DNA of 6,403 nucleotides from a virus (Duplodnaviria; Heunggongvirae; Uroviricota; Caudoviricetes): IMG/VR virus record IMGVR_UViG_2636416140_000005; one strand, 5' to 3'. Shown piece by piece: positions 1 to 6,403 of this stretch (position 1 is its first letter; each line of letters starts with the position of its first letter). The notes under the pieces were generated by a model. It saw only the letters and a program-made list of their open reading frames with translations, ran no database searches and was not told where the DNA came from. The position numbers and the translations under genes were made by a program.

Positions 1-888
1 ACCGGGGTTGTGGCGCCAGCCGCAGGTTATGCCCGCGCAGCAGAGCAGGCCAAAAATGACATTGATGCTGCGCTGACCGGCACTCTGAAAACGGCTAACC
101 ATCTGTCTGAAATCGCAGCAGCAGGCGAAAAGGCACAACAGAAGTCCCGGGATAATCTGGGGCTGAAAAGTGCGGCCACGATGGAAGCACAGAGCGACAT
201 TTACGACCGGACAAAAGGCCGTCTGGCGATACCCGGCGCATTCGGCTTTGGGCGTGCTTTTCTGCCTGAAGATGTTATCCGTTTTGACACTAAGAGTGAT
301 TTCCTGGCCTGGGTAAGGAATGCGCTGCCAGGTGAATATTCCGTTGCTGGCCCCTACGACATCATCATACCCGACACACGGTTTGAAGGGGTGCTCAGCA
401 TCCGGTGGACTGATGCACGCCCTGAGACAACAGAACCGAGGTACAGAGCCAAATCCCTTACTTTTTACGGCATTAACGGCCCCATTTATCACACCCGCTA
501 CTGCTACTGGCCCATATCCAGACTGACTGGCTGGGTGAAAATAAATATAACCACAGAAGATATTATTTACAGAATCGTGGCGAGCTCTGTCCGCAACAGA
601 TGGGGAGACCCTGACATTGGCGGGCTGATTATTGCTGCGTACCAGGGAGAAGCTGACGGTGATAAAGTCATCAGACTTGTCAGGGGGCAGTCATACAGAG
701 GCTCACGACTGGGACCGGTGGGGATTTCAGTGCCCAGTACTCCCACCGGAACGTATATAGCATCCCCACAATTTTTCATTACGGGATGTTCAGAGCATTC
801 ATTACCGGGGTCATATTGCGCCCTGTCCGGGGTGCCGGATGCACATGTCTCTGGCGCAATGCCCGGGCTTTTTATTCGCACATCGTGA
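1..888 (+). CDS. Phage tail fiber protein, C-terminal portion (5' end lies outside the window)
   Basis: Frame 1 is open from base 1 to TGA at 886-888; the track's start at 10 is just the first GTG. N-terminal part is Ala/Gln/Lys-rich (AAGYARAAEQAKNDIDAALTG...), C-terminal part Gly/Tyr/Trp-rich as in receptor-binding domains. Followed immediately by a small overlapping gene in the usual tail fiber/chaperone arrangement. Family assignment is from memory and context, not a search. Confidence 0.6.
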   Translation, partial: TGVVAPAAGYARAAEQAKNDIDAALTGTLKTANHLSEIAAAGEKAQQKSRDNLGLKSAATMEAQSDIYDRTKGRLAIPGAFGFGRAFLPEDVIRFDTKSDFLAWVRNALPGEYSVAGPYDIIIPDTRFEGVLSIRWTDARPETTEPRYRAKSLTFYGINGPIYHTRYCYWPISRLTGWVKINITTEDIIYRIVASSVRNRWGDPDIGGLIIAAYQGEADGDKVIRLVRGQSYRGSRLGPVGISVPSTPTGTYIASPQFFITGCSEHSLPGSYCALSGVPDAHVSGAMPGLFIRTS

Positions 889-1462
889 GGAATGCACCGT
901 GGAAATTAAAAAAATCATTAATCCCCGTTATACCGAAAGTGGCGCAGTAGACTGTGACGTTTTTTTTGACGACAGGGACCAGGCAGTCCCCTACACAGCC
1001 ACCGCTGATGATGTCGCACCGACGGGTCAGCGAATCTGGCAGGAACTGCAAAGTGGCAAATGGGGTGAGATAGCCCCATTCACTGTGACACCAGAAATGC
1101 TGGAAGCGGCCAGAGAGGCCAGACGTCAGGAAATTGAAGCATGGCGCGCAGAACAGGAGGCGAAGCCGTTCACGTTTGAATGGAACGGTCGTATCTGGAA
1201 TGCTGGTCCCGACTCACTGGGCCGCCTGTCCCCGGTAGTCATGCTGGCAAAATCTGTCACAGCACAAACACATATGGCGTGGAGCGATGCCGATAATCAG
1301 CAGGTGAAACTGTCGATGCCGGAACTGGAAGAACTGGCGGCAGCAATGGTGCAGGCGCAGGTCGATCGCAACGATGAGATTTATCGCCGTCAGCGGGAGC
1401 TGAAGGAAGAGCTGAATAGTCTGAAGGATTTGAATTCGGTTAGGAATTTTATCGTGGAATAA
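839..1462 (+). CDS. Putative tail fiber assembly / tail-fiber-associated protein (family uncertain)
   Basis: ORF ending at TAA 1460-1462, directly after the tail fiber gene. Charged, coiled-coil-like stretches (EAAREARRQEIEAWRAEQEA; EIYRRQRELKEELNSLKDL). Start is ambiguous: ATG 839 overlaps the tail fiber gene by 50 nt (GGGG 6 nt upstream); the in-frame GTG at 899 has GAGG at 887-890, 8 nt upstream, and begins 11 nt after the tail fiber stop (187 aa). Confidence 0.5.
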   Translation: MHMSLAQCPGFLFAHREECTVEIKKIINPRYTESGAVDCDVFFDDRDQAVPYTATADDVAPTGQRIWQELQSGKWGEIAPFTVTPEMLEAAREARRQEIEAWRAEQEAKPFTFEWNGRIWNAGPDSLGRLSPVVMLAKSVTAQTHMAWSDADNQQVKLSMPELEELAAAMVQAQVDRNDEIYRRQRELKEELNSLKDLNSVRNFIVE

Positions 1463-1470
1463 CAGAAGCT

Positions 1471-1499
1471 GCGGCACGTCGTATGCAGGAACGTGCCGC
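1471..1499. other. Perfect 9-bp inverted repeat (GCGGCACGT / ACGTGCCGC) with 11-nt loop between convergent tfa-like gene and sitD; possible bidirectional terminator or RNA-stability hairpin
   Basis: Stem 1471-1479 pairs with 1491-1499, GC-rich. No clean U-tract follows on either strand, so it is not a canonical intrinsic terminator. Confidence 0.35.
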
Positions 1500-1662
1500 G
1501 GTTGGCTGGTAAACTTTCGATAGTGCGAGTATTGAATGATTTCTAGGCGTTATCGATTTTACGTATTTTTTGCATGATAGAATTCGTACCTCCTCCCAAC
1601 GACCTTCCATGGCTTTCCGGACTTCTGTAGGCTGGCGGACGATGCTGTCCTCGGATGTTGTG

Positions 1663-2520
1663 CTAATTGGGTGATAACAGATCCTGTGTATGGGCGTTTC
1701 CCTTTGTGCGTGCGTTGATGCTGGTAACGGTAAACGTCATGATGAACACGACCGCGAATAAGACGACAATCGTCGGAGCTGGTGCGCTGTCGATAAAAAA
1801 GGACAGCCAGACACCAGTCATTGACACTATTACCGATATGCCAGTCGCCAGTAGGAGCGCAATATGAAAGCGTTGTGTCAGGAGTACTGCAATGGCGCCA
1901 GGCGTAATGAGCAGAGAAATAGAGAGAATGATACCTACTGCTTTCAGCGTCGCCACAATGGTCAGGGAAACCATGCACAGCAGCCCATAATGCAGCCATC
2001 TCGTATGCAAACCGCTTACCTGCGCCTGTTGATAATCAAAGCTGAACAGCAAAAAATCCCGCCATTTTACGCTAATAACAAGTGTAACCAGCCCGGCAAT
2101 AATCACCGTCTGGATTATATCGCCGATGGTTATCCCGAGCATGTCGCCGAAAAGAATATGGTCAAGATGTACGTCTGGTTTAATTGCAATATACAAGATC
2201 AGACCTGCGGCAAACATGCCAGAAAAAACAATCCCCATAACTGTATCTTGCTTGATTCGGCTGTTGTCTTTCAGGTATCCCGTCGCCACCGCGCAGAATA
2301 CTCCGGCGACGAATGCCCCTGTAGCCAGAGGTAACCCCAGAATCCAGGTAAGCACGATGCCAGGAAAAACCGCATGACTCATCGCGTCACCCATCAGTGC
2401 CCAACCTTTCAGGACCAGAAAGACCGACAGCAGCGCACAGGGTATGGAAACTACCAGTGAAATCAGCAGTGCGTGACTCATAAAGGTGAACTGCAGTGGC
2501 TCCAGTAATAATGCCATCAT
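1663..2520 (-). CDS. sitD: Mn2+/Fe2+ ABC transporter permease SitD
   Basis: 285 aa, strongly hydrophobic multi-pass protein. Last gene of a four-gene - strand operon; its ATG (2518-2520) overlaps the sitC stop (2517-2519) by 2 nt. Paralogous in character to the adjacent permease. Confidence 0.88.
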   Translation of the reverse strand: MMALLLEPLQFTFMSHALLISLVVSIPCALLSVFLVLKGWALMGDAMSHAVFPGIVLTWILGLPLATGAFVAGVFCAVATGYLKDNSRIKQDTVMGIVFSGMFAAGLILYIAIKPDVHLDHILFGDMLGITIGDIIQTVIIAGLVTLVISVKWRDFLLFSFDYQQAQVSGLHTRWLHYGLLCMVSLTIVATLKAVGIILSISLLITPGAIAVLLTQRFHIALLLATGISVIVSMTGVWLSFFIDSAPAPTIVVLFAVVFIMTFTVTSINARTKGNAHTQDLLSPN

Positions 2521-3374
2521 GAGCGATCCTCCAGCGCTTTATGCGCACGCCGACGATTTGCCAAAAGTCCATGGGTGGGCGCAAATACAAATGCTAAAAG
2601 AAACAGCAGTGTCTGCGCCACCACGATGATTCCACCTGTCGCGCCGTCCAGAAAGTAACTGACCCACGCGCCGAGGAAACTGGTTACACTGCCAATAGTT
2701 ACAGCAATTATGAGCAGGCGGGGAAAACGATCGGTTAACAACCATGCTGTTGCACCGGGAGTCACCACCAGACAGATCACCAGAAAGGCACCAACCGTTT
2801 GCAGCGCCGCAACGGTCGAAACCGACAGCAGGGTGAAGAAGAGGATTTTTAATCTGCCCGGATGTAATCCAATAGCACGGGCGTGATTCTCGTCGAAAAA
2901 GGTCACCATAAGATCTTTCCATTTGAAAAAAAGCACGATGATCGAGAGAATGCCAATGATAGTGAGTTGCAGGATATCCGCCGGATCGATTGCCAGAATA
3001 TTGCCCAGGACGATGGTCTGAATGTTCACGGATGTCGGGTTCAATGACACCATAAACAGCCCCAGGCCAAAAAAGGACGAGAAGATCAGGCCGATGATGG
3101 CATCTTCTTTTAAGCGGGTGCGTTGGTTAAGAAACAGCATGCTGCCCGCTGCCAGTCCGCCGGAAAAGAAGGCTCCCAGAGAAAACGGAAGCCCCAGCAT
3201 ATATGCCCCCGCAACACCCGGGACAATAGAGTGCGACAGCGCATCGCCAATCAGCGACCAGCCTTTTAGCATCAGATAGCATGACAGGAAAGCGCAGAGA
3301 CCGCCGACCATTGCCGAGACCCACATCGCATTGAGCATATATTCATAGCTGAAGGGTTCCAGTAGCACGTTCAT
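2517..3374 (-). CDS. sitC: Mn2+/Fe2+ ABC transporter permease SitC
   Basis: 285 aa hydrophobic membrane protein. Its ATG (3372-3374) overlaps the sitB stop (3371-3373) in an ATGA arrangement. Sits between the ATPase and the second permease. Confidence 0.88.
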   Translation of the reverse strand: MNVLLEPFSYEYMLNAMWVSAMVGGLCAFLSCYLMLKGWSLIGDALSHSIVPGVAGAYMLGLPFSLGAFFSGGLAAGSMLFLNQRTRLKEDAIIGLIFSSFFGLGLFMVSLNPTSVNIQTIVLGNILAIDPADILQLTIIGILSIIVLFFKWKDLMVTFFDENHARAIGLHPGRLKILFFTLLSVSTVAALQTVGAFLVICLVVTPGATAWLLTDRFPRLLIIAVTIGSVTSFLGAWVSYFLDGATGGIIVVAQTLLFLLAFVFAPTHGLLANRRRAHKALEDRS

Positions 3375-4198
3375 CTTGCTTCCCTCTGCACCGCTGACGG
3401 TCGATGTGCCACAAAAGGGCGTTCATCGTCAGTAATAATGCTTTCTTCCGAGCCGTTAAGTGTGACATGGCGCAGTACGCCGCTAAAAGCCAGCTCCAGG
3501 TTCTCGGCTGTAAAAGTGGTGTCTGTCGGCCCGCTTGCCAGGACGGTGCCTTTGACCATGACCGTATAATCGCAAAATGTCGTGACTGAGCCGAGATTGT
3601 GCGTTGAGACAAGCATCGTTTTGCCTTCCGCGCGTAACTCCCTCAACAGGCTGATGATTTTCGCTTCGGTTTTCACATCAACGCCGGTAAAAGGTTCATC
3701 CAGCAGGATCACATCACCCTGCTGTGCAATCGCTCTCGCCAGAAAGACGCGTTTCTTTTGTCCACCGGAAAGCTCGCCGATTTGACGATGGCGAAAATCC
3801 ACCATATCGACACGTTCCAGCGCATCGGTGACAATCTGACGATCCCTCTTTTTGGCTATACGCAACATACCCATATGCCCATAGCGGCCCATCATCACCA
3901 CATCTTCCACCAGTACAGGAAATGACCAGTCAACCTCTTCTGACTGAGGGACGTAGGCAACCAGGTTTTTCTGTAGCGCCTGTCGCGTGGGAATACCCAG
4001 AACAGATATCTTTCCGCTGGTCAGACGCACAAATCCCATAATCGCTTTAAACAACGTCGATTTTCCGGAACCGTTTACCCCAACCAGAGCGGCAATAGAT
4101 CCACTTGGTACTGTGAAGGATGCATCGCGCAGTGCTGTGTGCCCGTTACGCCAGGTGACAGTAACATCATTAACGACAATGCCTGCAGATTGCATCAT
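3371..4198 (-). CDS. sitB: Mn2+/Fe2+ ABC transporter ATP-binding protein SitB
   Basis: 275 aa with Walker A (GVNGSGKST), ABC signature (LSGGQKKR) and Walker B (ILLDEP) all visible. Its ATG (4196-4198) overlaps the sitA stop (4198-4200) as TAATG. Confidence 0.92.
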   Translation of the reverse strand: MMQSAGIVVNDVTVTWRNGHTALRDASFTVPSGSIAALVGVNGSGKSTLFKAIMGFVRLTSGKISVLGIPTRQALQKNLVAYVPQSEEVDWSFPVLVEDVVMMGRYGHMGMLRIAKKRDRQIVTDALERVDMVDFRHRQIGELSGGQKKRVFLARAIAQQGDVILLDEPFTGVDVKTEAKIISLLRELRAEGKTMLVSTHNLGSVTTFCDYTVMVKGTVLASGPTDTTFTAENLELAFSGVLRHVTLNGSEESIITDDERPFVAHRPSAVQREAR

Positions 4199-5112
4199 TA
4201 TTTCTCCCTTTTCCCGGCTTTAATTCCCTGTACCAGCGTACTGGTAGTAACCTTAAGAAGGTCGATATACGTAGGTACCGGGCCGTTTTCTGTGCTCAGG
4301 GAATCGACATAGAGCACACCGCCGTAGTGTGCGCCGGTTTCACGCGCAACCTGACGCGCTGGATTATCGGAAATCGTACTCTCGCTAAAGACTGCCGGGA
4401 TATGATTTTTCTTAACCATATCAACAACCTTACGTACCTGCTGCGGTGTTCCTTGTTGATCGGCATTAATCGGCCACAGATAAAGCTCTTTTAGCCCCAA
4501 ATCGCGTGCGAGATAAGAAAAAGCCCCTTCACTGGTGACCATCCATCGCTGATTCTCAGGGAGTTCCGTAATCTGCTTACGCAGGGGGGCAAGGGTTTGG
4601 GTAATCTTGGCTTTATAAGTATCGGCATTACGTTGGTAGGTTTGTGCATTTGCCGGATCGTATTTTATCAACGCATCACGAATATTATCGACGTAAATCA
4701 GAGCATTATCTGGCGACATCCATGCATGGGGATTAGGTTTGCCCTCATAGGGTCCTTCGGTGATCCCTACTGGCGTCACACCCGAAGAGACAATTACTTC
4801 TGGAACCCCATTGAGATGCTGGTAAAAGCGTTGGAACCACAATTCCAGATTCATACCATTGGCGAGAATCAGTTGTGCCCCCTGCGCACGTTTAATATCG
4901 CCAGGGGTAGGCTGATACTCATGAATTTCTGCACCAGGCTTGGTTATGGATGAGACTTCTGCAGCATCTCCAGCCACGTTTTTGGCCATATCCGCGATGA
5001 TGGTAAATGTTGTAATGACCTTGAATTTTTCAGTTGCACTTGCCTGAAATGCGATCGAGCAGGTGAGGGCGAGGCACCCCAAGAGCATGGTTACTTTTTT
5101 TATTGAGTGCAT
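4198..5112 (-). CDS. sitA: Periplasmic Mn2+/Fe2+ substrate-binding protein SitA (cluster A-I metal-binding SBP)
   Basis: 304 aa with an N-terminal signal peptide ([32 protein letters not shown] cleavage site). First gene of the operon, preceded by metalloregulator operators. I recognise the sequence as enterobacterial SitA from memory. Confidence 0.9.
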   Translation of the reverse strand: MHSIKKVTMLLGCLALTCSIAFQASATEKFKVITTFTIIADMAKNVAGDAAEVSSITKPGAEIHEYQPTPGDIKRAQGAQLILANGMNLELWFQRFYQHLNGVPEVIVSSGVTPVGITEGPYEGKPNPHAWMSPDNALIYVDNIRDALIKYDPANAQTYQRNADTYKAKITQTLAPLRKQITELPENQRWMVTSEGAFSYLARDLGLKELYLWPINADQQGTPQQVRKVVDMVKKNHIPAVFSESTISDNPARQVARETGAHYGGVLYVDSLSTENGPVPTYIDLLKVTTSTLVQGIKAGKREK

Positions 5113-5144
5113 AATTTAGTACCTATAGTGAGCAAAATTAGAAC

Positions 5145-5166
5145 AAACATAGCAACGGCTATGTTT
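5145..5166 (-). promoter_or_regulatory. MntR operator: perfect inverted repeat AAACATAGC-N4-GCTATGTTT
   Basis: 22-bp palindrome 33-54 nt upstream of the sitA ATG, with perfect 9-bp arms. Matches the MntR box architecture known from enterobacterial mntH/sitA promoters. Confidence 0.6.
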
Positions 5167-5193
5167 TATAGCATAACCTATACAAAATGAAAA
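5165..5193 (-). promoter_or_regulatory. Putative sigma70 promoter of sitABCD (-35 TTTTCA at 5193-5188, 17-nt spacer, -10 TATAAA at 5170-5165)
   Basis: Hexamers read from the - strand. The -35 overlaps the Fur box and the -10 and predicted start site overlap the MntR palindrome, which fits repression by both. Hexamer choice is inference. Confidence 0.3.
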
Positions 5194-5207
5194 TAATTAT
5201 CATTAAC
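5189..5207 (-). promoter_or_regulatory. Fur box (- strand reads GTTAATGATAATTATTTTC; 16/19 to GATAATGATAATCATTATC)
   Basis: 19-mer 77-95 nt upstream of the sitA ATG, counted by eye against the Fur consensus. Overlaps the proposed -35 element. Confidence 0.65.
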
Positions 5208-5321
5208 AGCTTTGAGGCCTAAAACAGGGATTAGGTTGTTTCCTGCTGGCGACATGATATTGAGGAAAAAAGTAGAGCAGCTATTAGGCTTTGAAATGAC
5301 TTTATGAGGAAAATTGTTGAT

Positions 5322-5535
5322 GGCAAAAAAGGGGCAAAAAAAGAGTGGGTTATCGTAGCTTATTGTTGTCGCTGATAATGTTTAACATATTGAAAAATAA
5401 ATAAAATACTTATGAGTCAGATAGTTGTGATTTTTGCCCTTACTTGTTCAGGTTGTATTGTTCTTTCTTTGTAATTTGTTGATTTTCTTGCATTATTTCA
5501 GTTCTCTGGTACTAAATGGGGCAAATTGGGGGCAA
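5322..5535. repeat. GGCAAA-rich repeat set in an AT-rich block: tandem pair 5322-5342, inverted copy 5431-5439, tandem pair 5518-5535
   Basis: TGGCAAAAAAGGGGCAAAAAAA at 5321-5342 and TGGGGCAAATTGGGGGCAAAC at 5517-5536 are imperfect direct repeats; TTTTTGCCC at 5431-5439 is the reverse complement. The second pair lies 10-27 bp from the integrase stop codon. Confidence 0.4.
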
Positions 5536-5544
5536 ACTTTGCAA

Positions 5545-6309
5545 CTACGATAACCGCGCATCCAACATGGCTATCTGTTCGTCGTTCATGTCATCAATCC
5601 ACATACCGTAAATTTCATACACCATTTGCGCAGTTTCATGCCCCATCTGGCTGGCTATAAATGCCGGGTTCGCTCCTGCCGTCAACAGCCAGCAGGCAAA
5701 AGTATGTCGCGTATGGTACGGATTATGGCGGCGAATACCAGCACGTTTTACTGCTGCATTCCATCTTGCACCCAAACTGCTTACCGAGTAATAAGGTTTC
5801 TGTTTTTCGTTACACACCCTGGGCATGAAAACAAAATGCAGTTTTTGCTTTTCAGTTCTGCCGTACTCCCGATGATAAAAAGTGATTTCGCTTTTGCGAT
5901 GATGCCCGGTCAGTTTGTATTGCTCCTTCAGTGCTTCAAGAGCCGGCTGCAGTAATGTTACCGTCCGGATCCCGGCATTTGTTTTTGGGGGACCGAACAT
6001 ATCAAGTATCGTCAGGTTTCTTCTGACATTCACAATTCCCTTCTCGAAATCCACATCCTCCCACGCCAGAGCTGCCAGTTCCCCGTGACGAAGCCCGGAG
6101 TAAACGGCAAATTTCCACAAGTTTTGGCTCTGTCCTTTTTCACTTTCCATTAATGCATTGAATTCTGTTTTAGATAACGGGTCAGGCTTTATTCTGTTTC
6201 GCTGTAATTTTTTTACTCCTTCAAATGGTTTGGTTGATATAAATCCCGACTGATACGCAAAACGTAACAACGAACAGAGCAGGGCGATATAGTTATCAAC
6301 TGTGCGCAC
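5545..6309 (-). CDS. int: Tyrosine-type site-specific recombinase (phage integrase), catalytic domain; probably N-terminally truncated or frameshifted
   Basis: 254 aa from GTG 6307-6309 to TAG 5545-5547. Catalytic signature present: Arg in SGLRHGEL, HxxR in HTRHTF, Tyr in QMVYEIY (compare P2 Int ...LRHSFA...TMVYAHF). The same frame upstream has no other start and hits an in-frame TAA at 6400-6402, and only about 73 residues precede the box I Arg. Confidence 0.8.
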   Translation of the reverse strand: MRTVDNYIALLCSLLRFAYQSGFISTKPFEGVKKLQRNRIKPDPLSKTEFNALMESEKGQSQNLWKFAVYSGLRHGELAALAWEDVDFEKGIVNVRRNLTILDMFGPPKTNAGIRTVTLLQPALEALKEQYKLTGHHRKSEITFYHREYGRTEKQKLHFVFMPRVCNEKQKPYYSVSSLGARWNAAVKRAGIRRHNPYHTRHTFACWLLTAGANPAFIASQMGHETAQMVYEIYGMWIDDMNDEQIAMLDARLS

Positions 6310-6403
6310 GGTTCTTCCTTTTTTGTTGGATCTTGGATTATCTAGGTAAAGCGTTTCTCCATGCAGCAGTTCATTCCGGTAGTTGGTAATGACTCCAACT
6401 TAC

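Noticed and set aside
320-881. ORFs 320-526 (+) and 567-881 (-) within the tail fiber gene, and 1214-1477 (-) within the tfa-like gene
   Set aside because: Overlapping or antisense frames of the phage structural genes; no independent support.
1559-1999. Minus-strand 146-aa ORF overlapping the 3' end of sitD in another frame
   Set aside because: Out-of-frame overlap with sitD; Cys/His/Arg-rich translation typical of a spurious frame. The region 1500-1662 is better read as non-coding 3' UTR.
1864-2377. Plus-strand ORFs of 156 aa (1864-2334) and 83 aa (2126-2377) inside sitD
   Set aside because: Antisense shadow ORFs within a well-supported membrane-protein gene; low-complexity translations and no upstream RBS or promoter context.
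2539-4223. Alternative-frame and antisense ORFs within sitC/sitB (2539-2922 -, 3022-3279 +, 3127-3324 -, 3343-3612 -, 3404-3589 +, 3582-3785 +, 3987-4223 +) and 4597-4953 + within sitA
   Set aside because: All lie inside strongly supported sit genes; none has motif content or sensible start context.
5374-5392. Second Fur-like sequence (GATAATGTTTAACATATTG) about 270 bp upstream of sitA
   Set aside because: Only about 13/19 to consensus by eye and far from the promoter; AT-rich sequence yields such partial matches by chance.
5412-5474. 20-codon hydrophobic mini-ORF (MSQIVVIFALTCSGCIVLSL) in the AT-rich block
   Set aside because: No Shine-Dalgarno sequence upstream and AT-rich DNA produces such ORFs by chance; the lipobox-like LTC is imperfect. 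Only conservation or ribosome profiling would revive it.
5322-5535. Possibility that the GGCAAA repeats are a CRISPR array or tRNA-associated att
   Set aside because: Repeat units are under 12 bp, irregularly spaced and without spacers of uniform length; no tRNA-like cloverleaf is evident by eye in 5210-5544.
1-6403. Novel defence or toxin-antitoxin system
   Set aside because: Every sizeable ORF is accounted for by phage tail, sit transporter or integrase functions; there is no unexplained multi-gene cluster and no nuclease, ATPase-helicase or methyltransferase candidates.

Overview
This window reads as the end of a lambdoid-type prophage late region followed by a cargo (moron) operon and an integrase remnant. 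On the + strand there is the 3' part of a phage tail fiber gene (1-888, cut by the window edge) and an overlapping tail-fiber-associated gene of about 190-207 aa (839-1462). On the - strand sits a complete, translationally coupled sitABCD operon (sitA 5112-4198, sitB 4198-3371, sitC 3374-2517, sitD 2520-1663), a Mn2+/Fe2+ ABC importer. Upstream of sitA there is a perfect MntR-type palindrome (5145-5166) and a 16/19 Fur box (5189-5207) around a plausible sigma70 promoter. Next comes a visibly AT-rich non-coding block (about 5210-5544) with paired GGCAAA-rich repeats, then the catalytic domain of a tyrosine recombinase on the - strand (5545-6309), whose frame is closed by a stop at 6400-6402. 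I see no CRISPR array, tRNA, IS element or unexplained multi-gene cluster, so nothing here supports a novel defence or other undescribed system; the parts least explained are the AT-rich repeat block beside int and the family of the tail-fiber-associated protein. All calls are by eye from the sequence and the supplied ORF track; no database search was run.
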